Made by a program: the position numbers and the translations under genes. Shown piece by piece: positions 13,959-28,217 of a DNA stretch of 64,000 bases. The notes beneath the pieces are model-generated. The model did no database searches. It was not told the DNA's origin and worked only from the letters and a program-made list of their open reading frames with translations. Source of the DNA: Vicugna vicugna (lineage: Eukaryota); NCBI GenBank assembly GCA_013265495.1, contig MU058213.1, positions 3,224,001-3,288,000 on the forward strand. The letters are read 5' to 3'. The number at the start of each line of letters is the position of its first letter. Within the stretch, counting starts at the first letter, position 1.

Positions 13959-15823
13959 CTTCAAAAATAATGTTAGCAAGTAAGTTCTTTCTCTCTCATA
14001 TCCTAGTTAACAATCAAACTGACTTTTAAGGTAATTATACATTAAAGCTACTTCTAAAGTCCAATACAAATATTCCAAACATATTTGCTTCAAGAAGGAA
14101 TGTAAAATCCCTTATTGAAAGTATGGCAGCTAATTATCTGTTCTTTAATCAATGACCCCAGCTACTCTTCTGGGATTTTCTTTGTTAATCCACACAGTGT
14201 CTAACTTCCATTCACTCTAGAGGAAGGCACCTGGGCAGAGCCACCTCTGCCAACACCACCTCTGTTTCTTAAGCTCCTATAGCAATTCCTTCTATAAGCT
14301 CCCTGGTGACGATATAAAAAGATTTTCAGCTATTAGAGACAGCTAATGAGAACAGGCAAAGGGTAATAATGAAAAGCTGTATGTCTGTATAAAGGTAGTG
14401 AGATGTAATAATTGTTAAGTCAATGTAAGAGGAGAAATTTATCAAAATGTTAGACTATAAACTATATGAATAAAGGGAAGGGAAGGTGCTAAAAAAAAGT
14501 ACCATAAATATGATAGATTTAAAAGGCAAATATAAAAATTGGTTTAAAAAAAGATTTATTCTTGATATAAAATGAACAGATACAACTAAGATAAGAAACA
14601 AAATTTCCAATTTAAAAATTTGAAGTTTAACATTAACATTTCAAAAGGAGGGAGGCAGGTGGCAAGGAGGAAAGAATAAAGACTCAAACAAACAAGAAAG
14701 TAACATCAAGAAAAGTTTGAGCAAAATTTTCTACAGATGCTTGTGGTTGGAAATGCTGTCTTCCAGCATCCTATCAATTCCCTCCTCTTTCTTTTAGTAA
14801 GAGAATCTGCTGTGCTATTCTACTGTGCAGTATCTACATAACCCCGCCTCCCTAAAGAATAGGTGTGGTTATGTGCCAAACCTGAGACCACAGACTGTGA
14901 GCAGAGGTGATGTATACAACTTACAGGTCATCATCTTACAGCTAAATCTACTTGCAGTGGCCTTCCTCTTTCCCACTTCCCGCTGGCTAAAAAACAATGC
15001 CAACTACAGCAACCGCCTTTGACCTAGAGATGGAAGTCAAATGATGTGGTAACAGATGTGGCCCCACCAGCCTGGATGCCCTTGTGTAACAAAGCTATCT
15101 ATCAGGCCTAGACTGATGACTGTTACATAATAAGTATTACATTACAGAGAACTAAATTTCTATCTTATTTGATCTGTAACTTTTGATCTCTTTATTACAA
15201 CAGTTGTCTTGAGCCTACTTAATACAAATGTCCCAAGAATTTCAGAGCCAAGCAAATTGTTTTTCACTTGTGAAGCCAAGAGACATTTTTAGATATGTAA
15301 GAACAAAGTAAATACACCACCTAGCCATCTTTTCTGAATAAATCACTCAAAGAAATGTTCTAGAATATGGAGAAATAAAATTAAGAACTCAGGAGTAGGA
15401 AACTTGAGGGCAAAAATGAAAAAGGATGGGTTTTCTAAAATAGTGGAGAACATACTAAAAATGTTGTGAACAGATTCTTAATGTTAGTACAACAGAAGGA
15501 AAACAGAATACAAAATTAAAATGACATATATAACTTCAAATTATTACACTGATGATTACTAGGATATAGAACATGCAGGGAATAAGCACCATTCCCCCAC
15601 ACTGAGAAATAAAAAATTATTTTACTATTAATTTTGCTAAAGAAAAGTAAACAAAATTTGAAAAGAGAAAAGTTTTTCACCTTAGGCTTTGTACTGTAGT
15701 ACTTCATATACCAAAATAATGACCTAATACCATGAATAGATTCACACACACACACAAATCGTGACATAAATACTTTACTATATGGAAAAGGCTCACTTTC
15801 TCAGAAAATATTAATCATTGTAC

Positions 15824-16055
15824 CTTTTATGGCGAGATTTCTAGATGCTGAACTTCTAGTAAGACTTTTACGTTTTACTTTTTCCCTCTCTTCTTCTATT
15901 TGCTTTTCTTGCTGACGCAATTCTTCTTCTCTCTGAATCCTTTTTTGTTCTTTAGCTTTGCTTTGATGCTCTTTCCAGGCTTCCAATTCTTTAGTTGCTT
16001 TTCTTCGTTCATTTTCTTTCATATCTTCTATTTTTTTTCTCTTTTCTTCTTCAAT
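15824..16055 (-). CDS. DNAAF4: DNAAF4 coding exon 4 (charged, coiled-coil-like region)
   Basis: tacag|ATT GAA...AAA G|gtacaa; 232 nt; [31 protein letters not shown]...SRNLAIK. Confidence 0.96.
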
Positions 16056-16899
16056 CTGTAAAAATTACAATTACCAAACACATTAAAAACACATTAAACA
16101 CATTAAAAACAACATGTTAAAATACATTAAAACAACATGTTAAAAATAAGAAATTCATTATAATACTTAGTTATTTTTACCTCTAAACTCTAGTCATTAA
16201 ATCTGCAGCAATAGCTAGCAGTGAATAAAGAACTAAAAATGGGAATGGTGAGTGATTTAGCAGAATGCTCAATGATCTGGGTGTCACTGAACACAGGTTT
16301 CAGTTCCAGATTTACCATTAACTATTGATACGTTCTTGTGCAATCACTTTCTCTAGCCTCAGCTTCCTCATATATCAAATGTGGGCAGGCATTCAATTAG
16401 ATGATGTCTAAGGGCTTGGTTAAAAAAAGAGAGAGAATTTATTATTCTGAAAGTTAAGTCACTTGTCCCAAAACCCACACACACAAAAATACACATGTGC
16501 AAACATTCGCCTTCTACTTAGGCCAGTCTTACCTTGTCTTAGGACAAAGTTGAGCTGAGCCACACCTGAAGAGTGAGGGAGTAAGAGGAAAGGAAATAGG
16601 AAGGAGGAACTAGGAAGTTTGTCTCTGGTGAGTTGAAATGTTTGAACCGTGAATCCCGCTGCCAACCACATTTGCAACAGCAGTTATTTGAAACTTCCAT
16701 ATGAAAAGCTAAATATCAGGTGAATTTGAAGCAATGCATTGTTAATTGGGTGCCAATTTTTCTCCCTTTCACAAACTTCCCTCATATGGACAAGAAAAAA
16801 CCACTGTGAAACAGAGTAACTGGTTAATACATATGATAGGCTCCATGTATCTGACTTTCCTGTTGTAACAAAATTTTCTCACCTCTAACCTCTAGATAA

Positions 16900-17088
16900 G
16901 CAGTGTCTAACAGAACTTGTTTCAATGGTAGTAATATTCTGAATTATCCAATACCTTAGCCACTAGCCACATGTGGCTAACTATGCACTTTAGTGTGACT
17001 GAGGAACTGAATTTTAAATTTTATTTACATTTCATTAATGTAAATTTAAACTAATTTTATATTTTAATAGGGCATCTGACACAGCTCT
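16900..17088. mobile_element. MER3/MER33-type hAT element
   Basis: TAGCCACTAGCCACATGTGGCTA...GTGACTGAGGAACTGAATTTTAAATTTTATTT. Confidence 0.7.
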
Positions 17089-17789
17089 AGGATGACATAC
17101 TGAGAAAAAGCTTCCTAAGGGCTGAATTATTTTAGGATACAGAATTAACATTATAGGTATGAAAACTGTACACTGAAAAGGTACTCTATAATATTTGCGA
17201 GACTTAATACCCTCTTCTGGAAGGCTGACTGTTTACTGAACTTCTGAAATTAAAATAAACTTCACAGATTACTGAACAGGAGTTTCCTGCAATCCCAGAA
17301 TAGCACCTAAGGCTTAAACTAGGCACAAAAGATGCAAATCACCACATGTCCTAAGTTCAGAGAGCTGCAGTGAGCTGCCAACAGGTTGGGCCAAGAAGAA
17401 TCTGCATACGGCAGTGAACCAACATTTAAAAGCCTGACAACAGGCCATGATGAACAGTCAGTGTTAGCCAGAGGCAGCCACAACCTAAAAAGAGAAGATG
17501 ACAACTTCCCCTGGTTAATAATATGTTTGTCTTTTTCCCTCTCCTTCCTCTCTGTCCCCACACATGGAAGGAGGAAAAAGTATGTGAAGAGTCAGAACAC
17601 CTGACACCATCATCTCTCTAAGTGGAGTGAATTTTGAAAAGTTTTTAAAAATGCGTAAGACTGTCTTCTCTCACTTCTTTTTTTTTTTTAAGACTATGTC
17701 TTAATTACCAAAAACAAGACTGTTCTTAGAATCAAAAATAACAAGAAAGTTCTTCTACTAAGCCAAGATGTAGTTAAGGGAAAAATATA

Positions 17790-17851
17790 TATGTGTGTGT
17801 TTATGTGTGTGTGTGTATGTATGTATGTATGCATGTAGAAATCAATCAATC

Positions 17852-17894
<43 letters not shown>
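17790..17894. repeat. Compound microsatellite (TG)n/(TATG)n/(AATC)n/(GTAA)n
   Basis: Visible tandem units; about 10 perfect GTAA copies from 17853. Confidence 0.92.
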
Positions 17895-17895
<1 letters not shown>

Positions 17896-17991
17896 TATGT
17901 ATATAATTTATAACAGGCTATATTAGAGACAGAAAAATACATCTTCAGGGATTTATAAGGAAGAGGAAGGATTAACAAAGGCTTCCCAGAG

Positions 17992-18133
17992 GGAGAGGGA
18001 TAGCTCGGCAGTAGAGTGTGCACTTAGTATACACAAGGTCCTGGGTTCAACCCCCAGTACCTCCATTAAACAAATAAATAAAAACCTAAATTCCTCCCCA
18101 CAAAAAAATTAATTAAAAAAAGTTTTTAAAAAG
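17992..18133 (+). mobile_element. tRNA-derived SINE, same family
   Basis: GATAGCTCGGCAGTAGAG...CCTGGGTTCAACCCCCAGTACCTCC; TSD AAAGGCTTC(C/A)CAGAG. Confidence 0.88.
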
Positions 18134-18449
18134 AAAGGCTTCACAGAGCAGGTGACAGAAGGAACTAGAATGAAGGGGAAAATATGAAGAAGGTAACACC
18201 ACAAAGCTTATGATAAAGAGAAAAGAGAGACTATATTATACAGCAAACAGAAACAGACAAATGTTAAATAATCCTTGAAGTTTTAGATTTTAAAAAAAAG
18301 TAATAAGGGGAACATACCACTTAAAGGAGGAATAAATATGTAATAACAAATAAACTCAGAAGGCTGGAAGAACAATCACTGCACATGAAGGAACTGGATT
18401 TTAAGTGCTTTGTGCTAAAAAAAAAAGGATGCCCTATAGTATGGGATAT

Positions 18450-20710
18450 TAGTTTATTTAACACAGACAGCAAACGTAAGTAATGGGAGAATAATGAGCA
18501 GCTCCTAAACTAAATTCCTGAAGAAAGGGAAATCTATAATTCTTTAAATCCAGGATGAATCTCTGGTTTATCAAGGCATTGTTCCTTATAAGCCAATCTC
18601 ATTTATGAATTACATACAAAACCAATAAATATTAGAAAAGTGAATCAAGGAAAATATTAAAAGTATAATACATTTTGATCAAACAGGGTGTTTCTTATTT
18701 ATGACATTAGGAAAGCAAAAGAGAAAAACAATATAATCTGAGTACATGCCAAAACATACCAGTTTGATACTAGGAAAAAAATTTAGATCAGTTAAAGGAC
18801 CTATACAATATCATACTTCATGGCAAAGTATTAAAAATATTTCCAGCAAAGTCCCTAAGGTCAATATGCTTACAGTTTTACTGTTTTTCTGGAGGGCATA
18901 ACCTATAAAGTGAAATTTTTTAATTAAAAAAATTTTAAGTAAGAAATATAAATATAGGTTATACAGAGATAGAATCGTTACTATTTGCAAATAATATGGT
19001 AGACAACTTAAAAGAACAAAAATAATAAACTGACAAACTATTAGAAAGAAGAGGTAGGTTCAGCAAGGCAATTACATACAAGATCAACTTACACAAACTC
19101 ATAAAAACTAACTTTCCTACAAACTGGCAATAAACAATTAGAAAATACAATGAAAAAATCATTTCATTAGTAATTGCCAGAAAAGCTTCTAACATGCTAC
19201 AAATAAGCTTAACAAAATATGAGTCAGCCCTATACATAAGCTAAATAATTTTGCTGAGGGACAGTTAAAAAAAAAAAGTCTGAATAAATAGAAACAAATG
19301 CCACACTCTTGAAAGAAAATCTCAGTATTTTAAATGTATTAAAATTCTGCAAATTAATTTATAAATCAATGTAAACCTAATCAAAATACCAAGAGAACTC
19401 TAAGGGAGCTTGATAAGTAAATGTAAAATTCATCCACAAAAGAAAATGTGCAAGTTTTACGGTGGCATGAAGAGGTGAGCAAATCTCATCCACAAAGATC
19501 AAGCATAAAACTAGACAAATTTTTCAAAAAACAACCAATTCAGGGCAGTGGGAATTAAGCGCAGCCTGCAAATTGCTAAGTGTTTATTCCAGAAAAACTG
19601 CTAAAGTTACAGGTAAGAAGAGTGGGAGGCTCTGCCTTTCTGCCTGAGGTTACTCCAAACCACCCACCTGGGTGGGTGGCAGGATGACAAGACTGGTATT
19701 TTTACCAACGTGAAACTAGCAAAAAAGAACCCAACAGCTCTGTTGGCAAAAATGGTGGGGCAGTGAAAACCTGTGGCTTTGGTGGAGAGAAGTGGTAAAC
19801 TTGGTTGAGAATGAAGTGGGAAAATTTGCAGTTGACTTTTGAGGTTGAGGTCCTAGTTAGGGTAAGTGCTTGGCGAGTCAGAAAATTACCAGAAAGATAT
19901 GTAAATAAGAGAGCCACAGAAGGACTGTGATAAGCTCACCATACACCCCTAGCTAAACAGAAAGCCAATCATTTCTGGGGGAGACCTGAGGAAGCCTGGC
20001 ATAAAATGAAGCCAAGGGAGACTTGAAAACTCGCTCTAACTTTGAAAGTACTCCCAAAGCCACACATAGATAAAACAGCAAAGAGGTAGAAGCCTTTCAG
20101 GCTGAAGGTATTTACTATCTCTGCCCAAATCATTAGTTAATACACGTAAGTAAGTTATGCAGACACAGGGAAGACCCTTAAGGAAGCCCATCTTAAAAAT
20201 AAGAATTAAAAAACTCAGCAGAGACATCAGCAGCTCTATACCACAAGGGAGACTAGAATGATTCCACAGGTAAAGTCCAGGCAAGTTACCAAAAAATAAA
20301 TAACTCTCAATAAATAAACAAGCAATTAAATAAAACAGAACCCAGAATTACTATAATCAATTAACTGTCTAGTTTTCAACCAAAAATACATCAAGAAATT
20401 AGTAAAAATGTCTCAAATTTGATGAAAACATTACATAGTTCCGGGAATTTCAGCCCAAAGTAAAATAATACAAAGAGATACACCTGGATACAACTTAGTC
20501 AAACTGCTAAATTAATACAAAAGCCAAACAAAAACAGGAAAATCTTGAAAGCAGCAAGACAAAAAGGAACATCATGTACAGGGAACAATAATACAATTAA
20601 AGGCTGATTCTTTATTAGAAACAATGGAGGAGAGAAGGCAGTGAAATGACATATTCAAAGCACTGACACAAAAAACTATAAACCACAAATTCTACATCCA
20701 ACAAAATCTT
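18450..20710 (+). mobile_element. Old L1M fragments (ORF2 piece followed by 5'/ORF1-like piece)
   Basis: A-rich, with degenerate L1 motifs (CAAGATCAAC, AAAATCTTGAAAGCAGCAAGA, GACATATTCAAAGCACTGA); boundaries approximate. Confidence 0.65.
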
Positions 20711-21034
20711 AGTAAGGTCCTCAAATAAGATACAACTTTCAATTTTTAGGCTGTGTGTTATTTTTTCAGTCAACATCTTCCACACGAAGCTATATATCAT
20801 TCTAACAATGAGCTCCCTTAAGAGAAGAAAATTAAAGTATTAATTCAGTCTTGTTTAATAAATACAGTGTTAAAATTTCTCTCAGAAAGTTGTTAATTTC
20901 TGAAGTTTAATTATTTAGTTATTTGTTTATATTCTGTGGAAATGATAATTTGGTGTTTAGAATTGTATAGGTACGTGTTTTGCCAAAGCAAAAATGTAAC
21001 AAAACATTTTCACTTCAATTCCCTTCTCTTCACC

Positions 21035-21418
21035 CTATGAACTGAATCAGGTCCCCCAAAATTCGTATGTCAAAGCCCTAAACCTCAATGTGAGATTTCT
21101 GGAGCCTTAATTTGGAGATTAAGGCTTACAAGGAGGTAACTGATGGTAAATGAGGTCCTAAGGGTGAGGCCCTGATACAACAGAATTATTGTCCTCACAA
21201 GAAGTTACACCAGAGGGCCTACTCTCTCTCTCTGTCCACCATGTGAGGGCACAGCGAGGACACACCAGCTGCAAGAGAGGCCACCAGAAACTGAACTGGC
21301 TTGTACCTAGACCTGGGGCTTCCCAGCTTCCAGAACTGTGGGAAAACATATTTCTGTTGCTTAAGCCCCACAATCTGCATTTTTTTGTTACTTGTTATGG
21401 CAGCCCAAGCATACTACA
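21035..21418 (+). mobile_element. MaLR solo LTR (MLT1A/B-like)
   Basis: CCCCCAAAATTCGTATGTCAAAGCCCTAAAC...CTTCCAGAACTGTGGGAAAACATATTTCTGTTGCTTAAGCC. Confidence 0.78.
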
Positions 21419-23229
21419 TTTCCTTTTCTCTTTGGCAGATTTTCAGATTGGTGAAAGGTGGCCCAAGGATAGCAATGAGAGCTAGAAGGAGAGCCAACGG
21501 CTGACTTAATTCACAAGCTAAAAAGTCAAACTCATGAATAACTGAGAGGAACTTGCTCAACTTTCCAGCAAATTTGGATATATGTTATTCTGCCTTTCGG
21601 TTTACTTAATTAAATAGAAATCTGGACTTTATATATAAAGCATAAGACTTTGTAAGTTCCTTGGAAACCACGGGTAGACAAGGATAAGAGCAAACTCTTA
21701 GTATAGTAGTTAGCTCCATCTGTCCCTGGACACAAGTTATTAAATAGTAGAAAATTCCTTGCTTTTACACTATATGATTTCTACAATCCTGCTATGATTT
21801 GTTTGGCATCTTTTAAAGATTCAGCTTTGGCTTACTAATGAAGAAGTCTTTAAGTCGGTAGCTGGGTTTACTACACACAGATATCGTACTGACATATTTA
21901 ATGATATATATGTTAAAATACTTGTAATAAACTAGCCTTTAAATTCAAGGAACAAACCTGACAGAAATGAGGAACAAGAAAAACTGTTAGCTTTTTAAAC
22001 CAGATTTTGACTAATGGAAATGAGTTAATATCATACAAAGTACTCTACACTTCACCTTACCCTTGTTGTTCAGTAGTAACTTTATTCATCTCTGATAAGA
22101 GACTTTTGCAAACAATTTCCTTTTTGGAGGCATTCATCTCAAAAGACCTTGCTGTTGAGATGATAGGAACCATCAACAACTTAAATTCTCTCAACTTCTC
22201 TCTGAAACAAAAGTATTTCTTCTCCCACACTCTGTTCTTTCCAAGGCTAACAAACACCCTGATCAGTATTATGAATGTGTGACCTTAAAACATCCACCTC
22301 TTTTCCATAATACTATTTCCATAATACATATACTACCCACTAACAACTCCACTGGTACTCAAGCTTAACTCCACAAAGGATGGGTCACCTACTTCCATAT
22401 ATAGAGCATTTAAAAAAACATTATTTCCCTAAAATTATCTATTTATAAATCTTCAGTGATTTCCCAAGAAGCTCATTAGGGTCTAGCTTCAGGGACCTGG
22501 GGAAAGGATGGAAAGAAGATTGATTATCCTGTAATCAAGTTGTGAGAGCTCTGAATAATCTTTCAAAGATTTTCTCTGAGCCCTCTGAAGCAAGAGGACA
22601 TAGGAAATTAAAAAAAAAAAAGATTTTAACTACACGTCTGGAAAAGATAAAAAACCCTGTAGTAAATGAAAAAGTGGCCACATATGATTGTTGAAAGTTT
22701 ATTTCTGCACAGATGCTGTAAATGTCGGATATATTTACACAAAAATGAAGTAGGTCAGTAGACTTCACAAAATGTAAATATAACAAAGACAATGTCAAAG
22801 ATACTGCCTTTTCTCATGTTACCCTATTAATGGCTGAAGTTAATTTCTCATATGCTTGGGATTTGGTACATTTACATAGACTATTAGTAAATTCCTGTTA
22901 GAGCAAGAAGAAATTAAGTCTGAAAACAATCATGGGAAGGTTAAGTATTGTCCCTTTCTTTAAGAATAAATGTATTCTCCTCTGCATACCTGCATTTCTG
23001 CAAGATAAAAACATCTTAAAAATTTTTTAAAATAAACATATTCTTATCAGGAAAAATGTATGTTTATTATTAGGAAAACATAAACAAGAGAAAGCAAAAG
23101 AAAAAAATCACTAGTGTTCTTACCTACCATTCATTTTCTATATTTTTTAATTACAAAAATAAGATTTTATATAATGACCTTTTTTAAGTTGTCAGAAAAC
23201 ACATGGGTATGCTACAATATTAACTGAAA

Positions 23230-25010
23230 TGGAAAAGTCAACCTTCAAATTCAAATGTGACTGCAAGGGACCAAATAGTCTTGAAAAAGAACAAAGTTAA
23301 ATGGCTTACACTTTCTGATTTCAAAATATATTAAAAAACTACAGTAATCAAGAAAGTGAAGTGTGGTACTGACATAAGGACATATAGACCAATGGAATAA
23401 AATTGAGAGTCCAGAAGTAAATTCATACATCTATAAGCTGATTGATTTTTGACAAGGTTATCAAGACCATTCAATGAGGGGAAAACAGTCCTTGTAACAA
23501 ATGGTGCTGGACCACCTGAATATCAACATGCCAAAGAATGAAGCAGGACTTATACCTCACAGCATATATAAAAATTAACTAAAAGAAATCCACAAAGAGA
23601 AAGAAAAATACCATAAAATATCACTTACATGTGTAATCTCAAAAAAAAAAAAGGACACAAAAGAACTTCTTTACAAAACAGAGACAGACTCACAGACATA
23701 GAAAACAAACTTACGGTTACCGGGAGGAAACAGGGTAGAGAGGGATAAGTTGGAAGTTCAGGATCTGCAGATACTATATATAAAATAGATAAAAAGTAAG
23801 GGCCTACTGTACAGCACAGGAACTATATTCAGTATCTTATAATTGCCTATAATGGAAAAGAACATGAAAAGAAATATATATGTAATATATATGTATATAT
23901 ATGTATAAATGAATCACTATGTGTATAAATTAACATAACATTGTAAATAGACTATACTTCAATTAAAAAATCAACTAAAAATGGATCAACAACCTAAATA
24001 CAAGAAGCAAAACCATAAAACTCTTAGAGGAACACAAGGGATAAATCTTCATGACCTTGGATTTGGCAACTGATTTTTAGATATGACTGACACCAAAAAC
24101 ATGAGAAATAAAAGAAAAAAATTTTTTATTGGATTTCATGCAATTTTAAAACTTTTGTGTGTCTAAGGATACTATCAAAGTGAAAAAACAATCTACAAAG
24201 TAGGGGAAAATATTTGAAAGTCATTTATCAAATAAGGGTCTAGTATCTGGAATAAAGAACTCTTACAACTCAACAACAAAAAGACAAATAATCCAATTTT
24301 AAAATGGGCAAAGGACTTGAATGGACACTTCTCCAAATAAGATAAACAAATGACCAAGAAACAAATGAAAAGATGCTCAGCATCACTAGTGTGAGGGAAA
24401 TGCAAATCAAAACCCACACTGAGATACCAATTCACATCTAATAGGATGGCTACAATCAACAAAATGGAAAATAACAAGTATTGGCAAGAATGTAAGAAAT
24501 AGGAATCGTCATAAATTGCTGAAATGAACATAAAATGGTGCACCCATTATGAAAAACTGTGTCATGGTTTCTCAAAAAATTGAACATAGAATTACAAATG
24601 ACCCAGCAACTCTACTCCTAGGTTTATACACAAAAGAATTGAAAATAGGTGCTTATTTACTCAAACAAATATTTGTAATTTCAAGTCAATATTATTCACA
24701 GCAGTCAAAATGAATAAATTTCTACCATGAGGGGATAAACAAATTGTGGTATACCCATACAATGGAATATTGTTCCGCTGTAAAAAAAGAATGAAGGTCT
24801 CAGACATGTTACATCATGGACAAATCCTAAAAACACTACACTCTGTAAAAGACAGCAGATACCAAAGGCCTTATTTTTATATGAAATGTCCAAAATAAAC
24901 GTTGGCAAGAATATGGAGAAACTGGAACCCCTGACTATTAGTGGGAATGGAAAAAGATGCAGCTGCTATAAAAAACAGTATGGTAGCTCCTCAAAAAGTT
25001 AAAAATGACT
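23230..25010 (+). mobile_element. L1M(B)-type ORF2/3' fragment interrupted by a younger L1 3' end (23585-23965)
   Basis: ACAGTAATCAAG..GTGTGGTACTGACATAAGGACA, AAATGGGCAAAGGACTTGAAT, ATGCTCAGCATCACTA; inner element flanked by AAAAAT(T/C)AACTAAAA. Confidence 0.85.
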
Positions 25011-25409
25011 ACTGGAGGTGTGCTGACCCCTGTGCCTACTGGCTGTGAGGCCCTTCCTCATGGGGAGGCAGTCAGACAATGATGGGCAGAGCTGGGTCTT
25101 GGCATGGTTGGCTGCTTGGCTTAGGTTGTTCCAGGGCTGGCACCAGCCTGCTAATGAGCAGGTCTGCGTCCCAGCAAGGCTGCCTGTGGGCAGGGAATCC
25201 TGAGAGAGCTGTCTGCTCCCTATCAACCTAAGGATGAGGCATACGCAAAGAAAAGGCAGTGCTAAGGATGCTGCAGAGAGATGGAGTCAGAGCCTCGATT
25301 TAACCCCATCTTATCACTGCTCTATCTCTGAATTTTTCCTGCGAGATGAGTTAAATTCTCTTTATTGTTTAAACCCTAATCTTTTCAATTCAAACTAATT
25401 AATTAAATT

Positions 25410-26182
25410 GTAAAATGGCCACACATTCTTCCCATAACTCCATGCATGCCCCTTTACAATGCAACTAAATCTTTCCTTCCCAGAAAAGGTGCAGTCTATT
25501 TCTCCATCCTTTAATCTGGCCTTAGCTATATGGGACATTTGGCTAATGGGACATTAGCAAATATGACATAGCAGAGGCTTTAAAAATGCTTGTGCATTAG
25601 GGCTTTCCCTTTTGGCCACCAGAAACACTAAGTATAAAGTAAAGAAGTCTGTGCTAGCTTCCTGGAGAATGGAATACCACATGGAGAGGGGCTCCAGCTT
25701 TCCCAGGCAAGGCTCTAGACATGTGAGTGAGGCCATCCTGGAACATCCAGCCACAACCAAGCCAGCCTCAGGTCACAAAAACTGCTTAACCAACATAGAG
25801 AATCTTAAGCAATAAATGTTTTAAGCCACTAAATTTTGGATAGGTTTTACACAGTATTATTGACTGGATGTTTGTGTCCCCCCAAAATTCACACGTGGAA
25901 GCCTTAACCCACATTTGGAAACGGACTTCTGAGGAAGAAATTAAGGTTAAATGAGGTCATAAGGGTGGGTTCCTGATAGAACAGGATTAGTGTCCTAATA
26001 AGAAGAGACCCCCGAGGTTTCTCTCTCAGCACTCTGCGAGCCAGGAATACATTTACCAGAAACCAACCCCACTGGACCTCGGTCTGAAACTTCTAGTTTC
26101 TAGAACTATGGGAAAAGAAATGTCTGTTGCTTGCCATCCAGTCTGTGGCACTTTGACCTGGCAGCCCAAGCTGACGAACATT
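25410..26182 (+). mobile_element. Two adjacent or nested MaLR LTRs (MLT1 family)
   Basis: First ends TTTTAAGCCACTAAATTTTGG (~25840); second starts GGATGTTTGTGTCCCCCCAAAATTCA (~25867). Confidence 0.72.
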
Positions 26183-27229
26183 ACACGGCACAGCAGGACA
26201 TAGTGAGTCTTAGCACTAGCCCTGCTGATTATTTTTAAAAGGTTACTACTAAAAAACTATTATTTTTCAATAGATATAATTCAAGTCTTAAACTAATTTA
26301 CGGTTTAAGCTAATAACAGGTTGCCTTCTGCTGTCCTACCTCTTCATTTGCTCTTCCTGGACCACTAAAGTTCTTTTCTGAGTGTTTAATATTGAATAGA
26401 GTAAAAACAGCTTCATCTATTGACCAAAACAGAATTTTAGTATGGTTACAGGGTACTAGAACAATGTATTCACATTAATTCATTCAGACATTTGAGCACA
26501 TACTATTTACTTGACTATGATAAGGATGCAAGAAAACACAGTTTCAACTCTCAACACTATTCAGGGAAAGAGATGGACAAAATGAATAGTTTGTAGTACA
26601 GGGTGATAGACTTTCATAGGTTCTATCATGTCAATGTAATCTATAGCTTCATATTTTATACATTAATGCTCCTAAACCAACTTTCCAAATACCAAAGTCA
26701 GGCTTTCATATATCAATAGATTAACAACTTCAAGGTATAGCATGGTCATACTGCCTGCCAACTAACTGTTCACTTTTGTTACACTTACCAATACAGCCAT
26801 TATTTAACTATTTTATTAGTTCAGTAAACACTTGTCTGCTGCCACAAATTTTATATTATTTTGCTTTTATTATTTTAAATTCAGGAAAATGACAAAACCA
26901 AAATTCTGATAGCAGTGATAATATGATCAAGAAAAGGTAGAACTCATAAAGTATACTGAAAGGAGGAAGCTTTGGACGGCCAACCACGTGTTCAATTATT
27001 AAGTAAAAACCAAAGTGTATAACCACTGGCTATATTTAAAAGTCAAGCCAAAGTGACAAAAGAAGCGGAGAAGTCTTTGGAATTATGAACTGCTGATTAT
27101 AAAAACAATACTAGTGATCCAAATGCACAAGAACAGTCATGGGTCCATAGAGTTTTTGATGAGATACTGCTTGCTATAGATTCCTTAATCATTTCAAAAG
27201 GTCAAAATGAGAATCTGAGATAAGAAATT

Positions 27230-27470
27230 AATTGTAAAAATTAGAAAAGGTAAATGTATAGAGACAGAAAGTAGATTAGTGGTTGTCTAGGCCTAGGGGT
27301 TGGGAGGAATGGGGAGTGACTGCTGATGAGTACAGGGTTTCTTCTTGGGGTGATGAAAAAGTTCTAAAATTGATTGTCGTGATGGTTGTGCCATTCTAAA
27401 CATACCAAAAACCACTCAACTGCAAGCTTTAAATGGGTAAACTGTATGGTATGTGAATTATATCTCAAAA
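27230..27470 (+). mobile_element. L1MB-type 3' end
   Basis: ATAGAGACAGAAAGTAGATTAGTGGTTG...GGGTTTCTTCTTGGGGTGATGAAAAAGTTCTAAAATTG...GTATGTGAATTATATCTCAA. Confidence 0.8.
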
Positions 27471-27859
27471 AGTATATTGCTGATAAAAGTTTTAACCTGA
27501 AAGCCTCAACAATTAAAAAGATATTAATTTGTCAGTAGTTAATGTTCAATCTATGCTTTTCATGTCCATTAATTCCAAGATTAAAAAAGAAGTAAAACGC
27601 ACCACAAAACATTACACCCTTGGAAAGAGAACATCCTCCCTGAAACAAGTAAATCTATTGTTCAACCTTCATACTTTCAACTTTCATACAGATTTTCAGA
27701 AATACACATCACTAGCAGATGGCCTATATAACATAGTAAGTCCTATAACCAAAGTGTGAACAAAAAGGTGAGGAAGTACAGTGGTTGGAACACAGTATCA
27801 GTGCATGGTTTACTACTGTGTCTTTAATTAAAAGACTTTCCTATCAATCTGCAACTTAC

Positions 27860-27993
27860 CTTCATCATGATATTTAGTGCATATTTTTGATCTTCCCTCC
27901 TTGCTACAGCTTTTGCTTCCATTGCTTCTTTTGCTCTTTCTTGTGCTTGTAGGATAGATTTCTCCCTCATTCTCTGCATCATCTCTTTGTCAA
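27860..27993 (-). CDS. DNAAF4: DNAAF4 coding exon 3
   Basis: ttttag|TT GAC...AAG|gtaagt; 134 nt; (V)[44 protein letters not shown]; phase matches the previous exon. Confidence 0.97.
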
Positions 27994-28217
27994 CTAAAAC
28001 ATAAGGAATATCACTCAATTAGGATCATGATGAATTTGTTTCACTTAGGAGAAACTGCTTACATACTGATCCGGGATGAGACGTTTCTGGACCCAACTTT
28101 ACATGGAGAAGTGAAAACGTTTCTCAATATTAAACTGGTCAAGAAGCTAATATTAAAAGGTAAGCAAGCAACTGTAATCGTAAAGGATGAGTACAGAATG
28201 CACACCTTTGTGCACTG

